A stretch of 63,924 nucleotides of DNA, counting the filler. It is 4 parts of 4 records of this genome, joined end to end, with 100 filler letters (N's around TTAATTAATTAA, not from the genome) between each part and the next. Parts side by side here need not be neighbours in the genome. Positions count along the whole stretch, not along the records: positions 1 to 16,129 come from SRR22947727_3372; positions 16,230 to 45,365 come from SRR22947727_3375; 2 more parts are not named here. One strand, 5' to 3'. The first letter of the stretch is position 1, and each line of letters starts with the position of its first letter. Shown here piece by piece: positions 10,901-18,679 of the stretch. The notes beneath the pieces are model-generated. The model was not told the DNA's origin. It saw nothing but the letters and a program-made list of their open reading frames with translations, and did no database searches. Made by a program: the position numbers and the translations under genes.

Positions 10901-11439
10901 CATTATCAAGTGGTCAATTTGTTTTAAAAGGTGGTTATTTAAAAGCTATTCCTGCTCAATTACCTACTGTTACTTTATCTCCCCCATATTGGTCCACGGG
11001 TAGTGCTTATGGAAATTACCTTACATCCTCTATAAGCATGTCTATGGTGTATAGAGAAGTACAAGAACAATATTCTAATTCTACTTTTAAACCTATAAAT
11101 GAACCTTTTACTATACAAGTGGGTGATGAAATTAGAATACAAGGTAGAGAAGATAGAGTATTTTTAGTAAATGAAGTAAAAACTGAAAATACTAATTTTG
11201 GTGTTTCAGGATCTATCGTAGTGAAAGTGGAACCCGAAGTACCACCATTATTGAATTTGGATCATTTCTTGCTAAGGAGATATAACCCCGATGGTACATC
11301 GGTATTAATTAACATGACACCTCCATCTTCTTCTTTTGCTACTACTAAGGGTTTAATAAAAAATGAGACCATAAGTACTGCATTGGAGGAAAATATTAAT
11401 AATATAGTAGCAAAATTATCAGAAGAGGGAACTATTTAG
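4984..11439 (+). CDS. Giant baseplate wedge / tail-fibre-like structural protein (2151 aa)
   Basis: Uninterrupted ORF; LYKKKGTKAGLRQLINLYG resembles the KGT motif of gpI/gp7-type wedge proteins; LamG-like TVEFRFK...WWNV...FSGSLQELRYW; S/T/G-rich beta segments. Confidence 0.75.
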   Translation: MASLYTEGGQFTYNDGTDYVGFYHIMPDGTPMTGAQHGSNDEMLFYVNSTPNADNEIRINGNPFVVEINPNIVLNTGFSLADSSIIPSSGETSEFDPSSNTIEFFCYDINRNLVGGIPDYKSFKTSQQLRVSNDFSEILLDPAFDTDQIASDPSGQYFNIYNFIQYEISSSAAEEYYISEISSDRTEIRLQSNLLTSEEINNAYNSFKQKIDSSNFFDEFYIKNNRNNYYIGVNILLDETTDSSSLLVKLYQPLPSNINIKTRVSVATKVAETKAYQVDFPRFDDQELPKNFIKGPNTNIKVKDKVNNSTDFKSKNNLISTTVSSAVDQLEYFTSQSGIQLNPSYSVSVYDDFVHFSSAEQRLRNFYYKVQQIESFQSQINILNSVTDTNVTAVSSSKLTLEKNIKELITTFDGFEYFLYFESGSQPYPKSTSTYPYTLQSSTSTEVRTWLGSTDEDNLYYGGALLSASFHDEDNVNNLLYVIPEFIRSNPENSNYILFANMVGQYFDETWLYTKAVTHKLNSTNQLDKGADLSLIDDILRSFGQEIYGSNFNNIDDYSSLIGVSAEGSILPATGSEVITNFITASNDVTPLKRVNQEIHKRLYHNLVTLYKKKGTKAGLRQLINLYGIPDTILRIYEFGGKDKINLNDWDLYRSIFNKEITSHQTDADRGKEYNGGIETPWKVNPLWASSSTIAGVTGSVPATVEFRFKSDINPATTPSQSIPLQPLWGLKDNAGGTKVLVYLEYNGSGSASGSYSGSIVDPNYQYANLTLAISGSPPTSASISLPFYNQDWWNVRVQMQELGLAGTNQARYQIASANKAYNGKDGTRVGFKASIKHNQISGSWVNSISSSFALSRSFNSKQYNNFSGSLQELRYWALCFENQNTPFINEDVWDNHVMDPLSIETGYLTGSMSPIEHLIFRSREGEDLALVSGSQSNISQLESIHPKITGSLTTTSSFASNSLYSLITASISNNIETQFLNQPNLGIKNRVSDKIKTYNNLAYGNLLSPYRSIQQNYEASQSFTEDINLLQVAFSPQDEVNDDITHEFGFSNKITDLIADPRNLSSSLDHYDGLKRLAEKYFEKYIKGNSNDYYRLIKYFDNALFKAIKNFVPARTSVSTGIVVKQHLLERNRVRPPQPNSKTSIAKTNSGGFNTNLEFQNIAVSGAVKSQPKGFTTGSSIEKVTGGTGGTFEKFNNIEFTPYGVSGSGPTKKFGYEITQSFTEAVSTLSGSINVVKSTQDEFYNGEFKGSTITVTTQSLNPECLKFLNVFIDPVATSSFDYFLYNEAQTSSFAKFNNVNTSPNSGQIFFNWVSAANYIRNLKVSTTNKEGADITNNIENATRLNFNFGTSTQNFNVTKTSQGPGYVQFNVDSNNYHSPHPEFLLSSSYENYPFLASASIAQSASVKVDTVFYLPNGQSKNININQYGFENDPNNLFNATSGIYATPQTPNLLINFTGSINLTGSVITDFNASQNATVTFRLKGSSVDVFQKVINESISTTVNTFSGSFTVSGSFNTNVPLKAEDLSLELGMSLPALAKGQSMVSGSITGSGALFQINTGSLLPNPKTTILDSFEPYLPGGSSLASGFAIFERAFDCQPLFNNVIGNRLSSLYYDIDYNTGVLIPTNMVPIENQTAIFASIPDSNYTSLRSILPRYNGSKLTSFDINKFTPKGTEYYEKQVLKVWGGDSSYGKTSVIERTKPFFGYFQLLVPSSPELELATQVKLKYIINQNGQPFKPILNSPSFYDVEGAYETGNIVDIALEDTLQTDDASLVNAAVGINLDNFNKSATVIKGARRVDPIITTQRVSIYDVPNAADAFETNITFTNPLPITSDYTMFSSNPIATSTAFTAMPQRITFIDENYDNSNSWNTSTNEFTFSETSQSPVRFQGNVSLQNLNTSDVGFVIRIVRERSSVRTTLAETIVVVPANTQSSFINVGTPFLDFQTGDKIYMRASIVVFAAPNVSLADDQIPLSSGQFVLKGGYLKAIPAQLPTVTLSPPYWSTGSAYGNYLTSSISMSMVYREVQEQYSNSTFKPINEPFTIQVGDEIRIQGREDRVFLVNEVKTENTNFGVSGSIVVKVEPEVPPLLNLDHFLLRRYNPDGTSVLINMTPPSSSFATTKGLIKNETISTALEENINNIVAKLSEEGTI

Positions 11440-11441
11440 TA

Positions 11442-11449
11442 TATTTATA
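11442..11449 (+). promoter_or_regulatory. Putative phage promoter motif TATTTATA, overlapping TATAAATA at 11446-11453
   Basis: Lies 17 nt before ATG 11467; same motif and spacing as 355-362. Confidence 0.5.
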
Positions 11450-11466
11450 AATAAATTATTTAAAGA

Positions 11467-12141
11467 ATGGGATATTTAAATAACCAAGTCGTAACTGTTG
11501 ACGCAATTTTAACAAAAAAAGGAAGAGAATTATTAGCTAAAAATGATGGTTCATTTAGAATCACTCAATTTGCAGTAGCTGATGATGAGATAGATTATAC
11601 ACTTTATAATCCAAATCACCCCTCGGGGTCTTCATTTTATGGAGAAGCTATAGATAATATGCCTCTTTTAGAAGCATTCCCAGATGATACTCAAATTATG
11701 AAGTATAAATTAGCAACGTTACCTAGAGGAACAGCTAAACTTCCAGTTCTTGATCTAGGATATTCAGCTATTACATTAAGACAGGGTGCTTCATTAGCAA
11801 TCACCCCACAAACTCTTAATTACTTGGGTGCTGCATCAGCTAATGAAACCTCAGGATATTCTTGTACTATATCGGATGTAAGATTATTAAATACATTTAC
11901 GGGTACAGGTATTAATACCACAGCTGCACAATCACAAAATATAACGGTTAATCAAACTTTAGGTACTAATATATCTCAGACAGTTATTGGGTCTCAAATT
12001 AATTTAAGAGCTACTACTGTAAATACATTATTTGGGGATACGGCAGTAATAGGCTCTAAAATTAGAACTACACTTACATTTGTGGGATTAGATTCTGGAG
12101 CTAGAGTAACTGTTCCTTTAACTATCACAAAAACAGCATAA
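11467..12141 (+). CDS. Phage structural protein, tail-collar/baseplate-like N-terminus
   Basis: VDAILTKKGRELLA...ITQFAVADDE resembles the LT..G...LA start of tail-collar (DUF3751-like) proteins. Confidence 0.65.
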   Translation: MGYLNNQVVTVDAILTKKGRELLAKNDGSFRITQFAVADDEIDYTLYNPNHPSGSSFYGEAIDNMPLLEAFPDDTQIMKYKLATLPRGTAKLPVLDLGYSAITLRQGASLAITPQTLNYLGAASANETSGYSCTISDVRLLNTFTGTGINTTAAQSQNITVNQTLGTNISQTVIGSQINLRATTVNTLFGDTAVIGSKIRTTLTFVGLDSGARVTVPLTITKTA

Positions 12142-12150
12142 ACATAAAAT

Positions 12151-13170
12151 ATGAGTTTTAAAAGATTTGAAACTGAAGACATAGTAGTTAGTAGTGATTC
12201 CATAACTGGCACTGCATGGTCTACTGGAGCTCCTACACTAACTTCTTTTTTTACCTCCTCTGTTCAAAAAGCAGGGAGTTCAGGAGATTTTTATTTAAGT
12301 GTATTTGAGGCTGATCCTAACGTAGTAAATAGTAGTGCTAGTGTACAATTTGAAATAGCCTACTGTGATGATAAGGGATCGGGTTCAGTATATTATAACG
12401 CGGGGGTTACTGGTAGAACTCCCACACTAACTAACTTTGGACAGTATAGATCTCTTATTTTAGAAGATGAAAACGCTAGTTTTATATTTGGTACGGGTAC
12501 TAATGTAGTTACTGGATCCCATTTTTATGCATTAAGTGTAGAAAGAGCTAGATATAAAGAATCTCTTTTCCCTGAAACCTTTAATTTAGCTTTATCCGGC
12601 TCAGGAGGTGTAGGAAAAATTCACTTAACTAATGATTCTAAGGATGTGTTAGTAAATACATTCTTAGGTTCTACTAGAGTATTTCAGGTAGTTTCTGGTT
12701 CCAATGGAAATGCTTTTGGAACTGATGGTTATGTAACCAATAGTGGTTCATATGGACTATTTTTCCCTGATATAGGAACAGTTTTATTAAATCCTACTGC
12801 AATATCTCAATCTATACACGTAGCAGCCAATAGAACTAACAATACTGATGGTTTAAATAATCAAACATTATTTGATGCTGTTAAAAGAGCTTCAAGTTTT
12901 CAATTGAATTCACAGGAAACTATATCATCAGATTATGTGTTTGTAAGATTAAGAAATAGTGAATTTAATTACTCTGAAAACCCATCATTTATATCAGGTT
13001 CGACCGGAGAAGTTATATATTCTAATTTTATAAATCAACCACAAGTGTATGTTACAACCGTGGGTATGTATAATGATTCAAATGAATTACTAGCTACAGC
13101 TAAATTATCTAGACCTCTTCTTAAAGACTTTACTAAAGAGGCATTAGTTAGAGTAAAGTTAGATTTCTAA
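12151..13170 (+). CDS. Phage structural protein, tail-collar-like C-terminus
   Basis: C-terminal YVTTVGMYNDSNELLATAKLSRPL; paralog of the next ORF. Confidence 0.7.
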   Translation: MSFKRFETEDIVVSSDSITGTAWSTGAPTLTSFFTSSVQKAGSSGDFYLSVFEADPNVVNSSASVQFEIAYCDDKGSGSVYYNAGVTGRTPTLTNFGQYRSLILEDENASFIFGTGTNVVTGSHFYALSVERARYKESLFPETFNLALSGSGGVGKIHLTNDSKDVLVNTFLGSTRVFQVVSGSNGNAFGTDGYVTNSGSYGLFFPDIGTVLLNPTAISQSIHVAANRTNNTDGLNNQTLFDAVKRASSFQLNSQETISSDYVFVRLRNSEFNYSENPSFISGSTGEVIYSNFINQPQVYVTTVGMYNDSNELLATAKLSRPLLKDFTKEALVRVKLDF

Positions 13171-13175
13171 AGTGA

Positions 13176-14138
13176 ATGAGTGCATTCAAACAATTCAATG
13201 CAAAGGATGTAGTATTAACACCCTTTAAAGTTAATAAAAGTTTTACTTTTAAAGGAGCTCATCAACTCACTGGTTCGGATGTAGGTATAGATAGATTTAT
13301 AGGAAAAAATTCACCACCCACTGATTCTATAACTACCGAACTCACTACGGGTCAAATCTCTAGTATACCTCAACGGTTACTATATAAATCTATAAAACAA
13401 CTATATTATAGTAATTTTTTAATAGATTCATCAGGTAGTGATGCTGTAACTGCTTCCTTTAATAATGATGGTACTATAACTGGACCCGCAGCTACTACTA
13501 ATTATTATAACTATTTATCATCTGATCTTTTACCTAGAAGGGAATTTCCTACTCAATCTAATGCTAGAATAGGAGTTATTTCCGTTCCATCTAAATTATA
13601 TGGAGAATATATAAAACCTGGTACCTTTAGATATGAAGAGGATGCTACTATTATGACTGATGATAGTGAGGGAAACCTATTTGATCAATTTGGGAATCAA
13701 TTAGGAAATATTATATATGAACATGGGTTAGCTATACTAACAGTAGAAAGTGAAGAAGCTTATGATTCTTTATATGGAGTAGCTGTATATGGTACTGATT
13801 TATATGGGGTAGCACCGGGTTTTGATGCATTCATGACAGGTTCTAATGTTACTTGTTCTTTTGAAAGCACCCTAACTCTTAATGAGGTTCAATACGCAGC
13901 AAGAATAACTGAAAACGAATTTGGATATTCCTTAAATCCTACGTTAATTTCAGGTAGTAATGTAAATAGTAATGTTTATTATAATTTTGCCACAGGTTCA
14001 TTTTTTCAACCCTATATAACAACTCTAGGCATGTACAATAATAGTTATGATTTAATAGCTGTTGCTAAATTAGCAAAACCCCTCCCGGTTTCACAATTTA
14101 CTGACACTACAATAATGGTTAATTTAGATTTATTTTAA
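13176..14138 (+). CDS. Phage structural protein, paralog of 12151-13170
   Basis: Shares N-terminal FK.F...D.V and C-terminal YITTLGMYNNSYDLIAVAKLAKPL. Confidence 0.7.
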   Translation: MSAFKQFNAKDVVLTPFKVNKSFTFKGAHQLTGSDVGIDRFIGKNSPPTDSITTELTTGQISSIPQRLLYKSIKQLYYSNFLIDSSGSDAVTASFNNDGTITGPAATTNYYNYLSSDLLPRREFPTQSNARIGVISVPSKLYGEYIKPGTFRYEEDATIMTDDSEGNLFDQFGNQLGNIIYEHGLAILTVESEEAYDSLYGVAVYGTDLYGVAPGFDAFMTGSNVTCSFESTLTLNEVQYAARITENEFGYSLNPTLISGSNVNSNVYYNFATGSFFQPYITTLGMYNNSYDLIAVAKLAKPLPVSQFTDTTIMVNLDLF

Positions 14139-14560
14139 TGAATTGGACTTACGAAGGAAAGGAAATTACAGATATTTCCCAATTCCCAGAAGAAACATTT
14201 GGTTTTATTTATGAGGTAACACACACCCCCTCAGGCAAAAAGTATATTGGAAAAAAACAATTATTTTTTAATAAAAAACTTCCTCCTCTTAAAGGTTATA
14301 AAAGATGGAGAAAAGTAGTCAAAGAGGGTAATTGGAAAACTTATTTTGGCTCCCATGATTATATAAAGGGACTACTTAAGGAAAATAAGCAAGAGGAATT
14401 TACACGAGAAATAATCCAAATTTGTTATTCTAAAAAAGAACTCACGTATAGTGAAACAAAATATCAAATGATGTTTGAAGTCCTAGAAAATCCTTCGTAT
14501 ATTAACGCCAACATTTTGGGTAAGTTCTTTAGATCTGATTTAGAGAATTATAAAGATTAA
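14138..14560 (+). CDS. GIY-YIG endonuclease (T4 EndoII/Seg-like)
   Basis: GFIYEVT...KKYIGKK, WKTYFGS, catalytic-type E (YSE) and N (YINANI). Confidence 0.85.
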   Translation: MNWTYEGKEITDISQFPEETFGFIYEVTHTPSGKKYIGKKQLFFNKKLPPLKGYKRWRKVVKEGNWKTYFGSHDYIKGLLKENKQEEFTREIIQICYSKKELTYSETKYQMMFEVLENPSYINANILGKFFRSDLENYKD

Positions 14561-14561
14561 T

Positions 14562-15491
14562 ATGGTAAATGAATTATTAGTCAATTTGACTAATTCAGTT
14601 TTAGGAACTGGTAAGAAAACTGCAAGAGGAAATTATGCTTATACTTGTCCCTACTGCAACCATTCTAAACCTAAATTAGAAATTAATTTTACTACTAATA
14701 AAAAGGGTTTAAACCCTTGGAATTGTTGGGTTTGCAATACTAAAGGTAGCAGAATATCGGTTTTATTTAAAAAAGTTAAAGCTGATTTTTCTAAATTTCA
14801 AGAACTAAAGTCATTAGTTAAGGTCTATGATTACGAAGATAAACACGGTGTATCCACAGATACCTTATGTTTGCCAAAAGAGTATGGCAACATATTAAAT
14901 AATAATGATATCATAGCTAAACACGCACATTCATACCTTAAACGTAGGGGATTAACTGATAATGATATTATAAAATATAATATAGGATATTGTGAAAGTG
15001 GTTTATATGATAAAATGGTAATTATCCCTTCCTATGATGTTAATGGTGATTTAAATTATTTTACAGCTAGGTCATTTGAAAAAGACCCCTATGTAAAGTA
15101 TAGAAACCCTAGCTGGTCAAGAGATATTATACCTTTTGAATTTTTTATAAATTGGAATCTTCCTATTATACTATGTGAAGGTCCTTTTGATGCTATTAGC
15201 ATTAAACGTAATGTTATTCCACTATTAGGGAAAAATATTCAAAAATCGTTAATGAAGAAAATAGTATTATCTACAGTTGAAAAAATTTATTTAGCATTAG
15301 ATACTGATGCTATGGTAAGAGCTTTAGAATTCGCTGAAGAATTTCTAAATGTGGGTAAAAAAGTTTACCTTGTGGAATTAAAAGATAAAGATCCTAGTGA
15401 AATGGGTTTTATTGATTTTACTAAATTAGTCCAAACTTCTAAGAAGTTAACTTATGAGAACCTATTTGAAAAAAAATTATCTTTAATATGA
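14562..15491 (+). CDS. Phage DNA primase (Zn finger + TOPRIM)
   Basis: CPYCNH...WNCWVC zinc finger; YLKRRG, FTARS, LCEGPFDA, LALDTDA, KDPSE. Confidence 0.9.
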   Translation: MVNELLVNLTNSVLGTGKKTARGNYAYTCPYCNHSKPKLEINFTTNKKGLNPWNCWVCNTKGSRISVLFKKVKADFSKFQELKSLVKVYDYEDKHGVSTDTLCLPKEYGNILNNNDIIAKHAHSYLKRRGLTDNDIIKYNIGYCESGLYDKMVIIPSYDVNGDLNYFTARSFEKDPYVKYRNPSWSRDIIPFEFFINWNLPIILCEGPFDAISIKRNVIPLLGKNIQKSLMKKIVLSTVEKIYLALDTDAMVRALEFAEEFLNVGKKVYLVELKDKDPSEMGFIDFTKLVQTSKKLTYENLFEKKLSLI

Positions 15492-16129
15492 AAAGAAATG
15501 TAAAAAAATCCTATAATAGGATAATCGAAATATCTTCTGATGCTAAACAAATAACTTTACCTGATGCTAGATATTATAGAAGGAATGGTGATTATTACCC
15601 CTCTATAACTTATGTATTAAGTTACTACCCTAAGGGTAAATTTTTCCAAGACTGGCTTAAAAAAGTAGGATACTCTGCTGACTTTATAGTTAAAAAAGCA
15701 GGAGAAGAGGGTACTCAAGTTCATGAAATGATTGAACAGTATCTAAATGGTAAAGAGCTTAATTTCCTAAGTGATTACGGAAGCCCACAATACCACCCTG
15801 ATGTATGGCAGATGTTTTTACGTTTTGTTGAATGGTGGGAAGAGTATAAACCTACATTAATTGAAACTGAAGTCCATTTATTCTCAGATGAATTAAAAGT
15901 AGCCGGTACTTGTGATATGGTTTGTGAAATAGATGGTGAAATGTGGATTGTAGACTTTAAAACATCTAACCATTTACAAACTGTCTATGATTTGCAAACC
16001 GCTATATATGGTAAATGCTATGAGGAATGTTATGGCAAAACCCCAGACAGGTATGGAATACTATGGTTAAAATCATCTAAAAGGAAACCTGCTAAAGGTA
16101 AAATGCAAGGTAAAGGATGGGAAATGTAT
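15488..16129 (+). CDS. PD-(D/E)xK exonuclease (lambda-exo/Cas4-like), 3'-truncated by the contig end
   Basis: YPSITYVL, GTQVH, AGTCD, IVDFKTS, QTAIY. Confidence 0.88.
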
Positions 16130-16229
16130 NNNNNNNNNNNNNNNNNNNNNNNNNNNNNNNNNNNNNNNNNNNNTTAATTAATTAANNNNNNNNNNNNNNN
16201 NNNNNNNNNNNNNNNNNNNNNNNNNNNNN
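16130..16229. other. Artificial contig spacer
   Basis: 44 N + TTAATTAATTAA (stops in all six frames) + 44 N. Confidence 0.98.
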
Positions 16230-16667
16230 ATGGACCCCAAGATGCCAAAACTCCCCGCCTATGTCTTTAGACGCCAGAACGGCTCCTATCGCTATAAAAG
16301 AAACGTTCCTAAAAAGCTCAGACACCTGATTGGAAAGGATACACTCTATCGGCAACTGGGGGAGAGCTACTCAGAGGCGATGAACGCCCTTCCCAAAGTG
16401 CACTTGGAAATGGAGCAGCTGTTTGCAGAAGAAGAGACGATGCCCGCCAATGAACGAGCTCTGGCCTTCATCAGAGCAGCGCTGGGCGAGGAAGTTGCGG
16501 ATATGGTCGAGGCTGGTCATATCGTTGAATACAGCCATGAAGACTATGCGCTGAATGAACTTGCAAAGACCATCAAGGGGAAGCTGCCACAGGAGGTGGT
16601 GAGGCAAGTCTATAACGGCAAGCTACAGTCGCCGCCCATGACACTGGATACAGCCCTAAGTGTCTAA
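16230..16667 (+). pseudogene. N-terminal part (DUF6538-like) of a tyrosine integrase; catalytic domain missing
   Basis: YVFRRQNGSYRYKRNVPKKLRHLIGK..LYRQLG; ends at PPMTLDTAL, where the core-binding domain would begin; composition shifts after the stop. Confidence 0.7.
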
Positions 16668-17006
16668 CATCAGCGCGTTTGGAACAGATTTGACCATTTG
16701 ATCGAGGAGGATTTAATTATGGTAGCTTATCCAAACGCCGTTCTGCATCTGTTGCTTGTGCCTATTGTCTGACAACCCGCTCCAGTATCTGCCCTAAAGC
16801 CTGGTTAAGCTTCTGAGCCGATTCTCTGGTTTTTTTTGGTTCGCATCAATGCGCCGTATGTCTTTCGTATAATTAAGTTCGATTTCTGCTTTTAGATGAA
16901 GCACATATAAAGGCCTCGAACAACGTCTTGATTAATATTTTATTCCGAAACCACTACCGTAACTATTAAGTATATAAACAATTCGAAGGTGCCACGCAAA
17001 AAATTC

Positions 17007-17198
17007 TTAATATTTGGATTTCTCCGAAAGCATCATTAACGCTAAATTATGTCCGTTGGATGTGAGGTTTCCGTACTTATCTAAGAAGCGCCCTAGTTTG
17101 GCTTTTTCTATAGCTTCTTTTGTTGTATCGACACCATAGTAAACTTTGCAATGGCACAAGACGTCATCGATGTGAGTTGTATCAGTAATTTGTTCCAT
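17007..17198 (-). CDS. Small hypothetical protein
   Basis: 63 aa with a strong RBS (AAGGAGG) upstream of the ATG. Confidence 0.6.
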   Translation of the reverse strand: MEQITDTTHIDDVLCHCKVYYGVDTTKEAIEKAKLGRFLDKYGNLTSNGHNLALMMLSEKSKY

Positions 17199-17292
17199 AA
17201 TACCCTCCTTTTACTAGTAAGTGATAGTTGCCGTCTCCACAACTGCCTACGATCGTTAACATAAATAGCCAGAGATCAAATGAAATCTTAAG

Positions 17293-17301
17293 TTATCCAC
17301 A
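17293..17301 (+). promoter_or_regulatory. DnaA box
   Basis: Perfect TTATCCACA in non-coding DNA. Confidence 0.4.
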
Positions 17302-17487
17302 AGAAATTGGTGGGTGGTAGTAAGATTTTTAAGAAAGAGGATCAAAAACCGGCGTCGACATCAAAACGTCTTTGCGTTCACGAAAAAACCCACGCTTTGA
17401 GTGAGATCAAAACGTGGGTATGTAATCACAGTCAATACAGATAGCCTGAGAATAACTAGAGGTCGTAACAGAATTGTAAAAAACGAT

Positions 17488-17753
17488 CTATCCGGTGCAT
17501 TTTATTCATGCCAAAGGCCTGAGCTTAAAAATATCTCAATATCAGGGAAAAAAATAACATTCATACAAGTGCTGTTAGCAGTGTTATTTTGCAAGGCCAA
17601 GGTTCCGCAGCTACCGCCCATCATGGGGAGTCTATTTCAAAAATTTCACTTTCATTAAGCCGGTTTGTTAAAGGGAGGTGGGTTAGAATTACTGAGGTCG
17701 ATTAGGCAAATAAGAAAGCTTGGTCTAATCCAATTTTGTTAAAGATGGAATAA
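17488..17753 (+). pseudogene. C-terminal remnant of a PHP-family hydrolase, paralog of 23028-23948
   Basis: SGAFYSCQRPEL..., frameshift, then SAVSSVILQGQGSAATAHHGES...RWVRITEVD*ANKKAWSNP; aligns with AGSYYSSTGPEL...SAVRSVIVQGQGSAAVAMHGHS...WLRVTVIDAAGNRAWSNP. Confidence 0.85.
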
Positions 17754-17759
17754 CCTAAA

Positions 17760-17799
17760 CCGTCATATAAATTTTATGAAAAATTCACAAAAGTATAAC
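17760..17799 (+). promoter_or_regulatory. Pho-box-like array upstream of phnC
   Basis: 11-bp periodic half-sites CCGTCAT/ATTTTAT/AATTCAC/GTATAAC with A-rich spacers. Confidence 0.6.
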
Positions 17800-17836
17800 A
17801 ATGTTGAGATACACCCGGGCTGAATTCGGGGGCATC

Positions 17837-18631
17837 ATGCTAAAAATAAGTAAACTGACTAAAAAATTTGGGTCTAATATTGCTGTAAATTCAGTCTCAA
17901 TAGACGTAGAAAAACCAATAATGCTTGGCATCATTGGCGCCTCTGGAGCGGGAAAATCTACTCTCTTGCGAATGATAAATCGCCTTGAGACGCAAACCTC
18001 TGGGAGTATTTATTTCAACGATTTATCGGTATCAGATTTACGCGGCGCAGCAAAAGCAAAATGGCAATCGAATTGCGCAATGATCTTCCAACAATTCAAT
18101 TTAGTCCCCCGCATGGATGTTGTAAGCAATGTCCTTCATGGCACATTGAATAAAAGATCTACCTTTGCCACCTTTTTCAATTTATATCCTAAGTCTGATA
18201 TACATACTGCCATTGAAATTTTGGGCCGACTTGGAGTTGCAGAGCACCTCGCGAAAAGAGCAGAAGCGCTTTCTGGTGGGCAGCAGCAAAGAGTTGCGAT
18301 AGCAAGAGCGCTCATGCAAGATCCCAAAATGATCTTAGCAGATGAACCAATAGCATCTCTAGATCCGATGAATGCGCAAATTGTTATGGAAACTCTTCGT
18401 CGCATACATGACGAAGATGGGCGGACTGTGATTGCGAACCTACACACCTTAGATACTGCGAGAAGATACTGCGATCGTGTGATTGGAATGCGAAATGGCA
18501 ATGTAGTTTTTGACGGGACACCGTCTGAGCTGACAACCGAAGTAGCTCGCAAAATATATGGTGCTGGCTCTGATTTTTCCGAGGCAGCAACATCAACTGA
18601 AATACGAGAGTTTAATCTTGTTTCAGTTTAA
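17837..18631 (+). CDS. phnC: Phosphonate ABC transporter ATP-binding protein
   Basis: [42 protein letters not shown]; start taken at ATG 17837 after GGGGG. Confidence 0.95.
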   Translation: MLKISKLTKKFGSNIAVNSVSIDVEKPIMLGIIGASGAGKSTLLRMINRLETQTSGSIYFNDLSVSDLRGAAKAKWQSNCAMIFQQFNLVPRMDVVSNVLHGTLNKRSTFATFFNLYPKSDIHTAIEILGRLGVAEHLAKRAEALSGGQQQRVAIARALMQDPKMILADEPIASLDPMNAQIVMETLRRIHDEDGRTVIANLHTLDTARRYCDRVIGMRNGNVVFDGTPSELTTEVARKIYGAGSDFSEAATSTEIREFNLVSV

Positions 18632-18679
18632 TTTCAATCAGCCCATGAAAAATATAGCGGGCAATATCGGAGATAAATT

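Noticed and set aside
1-16129. Stop-codon recoding in the phage
   Set aside because: Standard-code ORFs already tile the contig, including a 2151-aa ORF, and TAA, TAG and TGA all end genes.
15488-16129. Cas4-like nuclease as part of a CRISPR system
   Set aside because: No repeat-spacer array or other cas gene is visible; solo PD-(D/E)xK nucleases are common in phages.
16174-16185. TTAATTAATTAA as a biological repeat or att site
   Set aside because: Identical N-flanked six-frame stop linker at all three gaps; an assembly artefact.
16668-17006. Possible pseudogene after the integrase fragment
   Set aside because: Short interrupted frames with no family I can recognise.
17401-17658. 85-aa ORF as a real gene
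   Set aside because: It is a chimera of non-coding DNA and a frameshifted PHP pseudogene.
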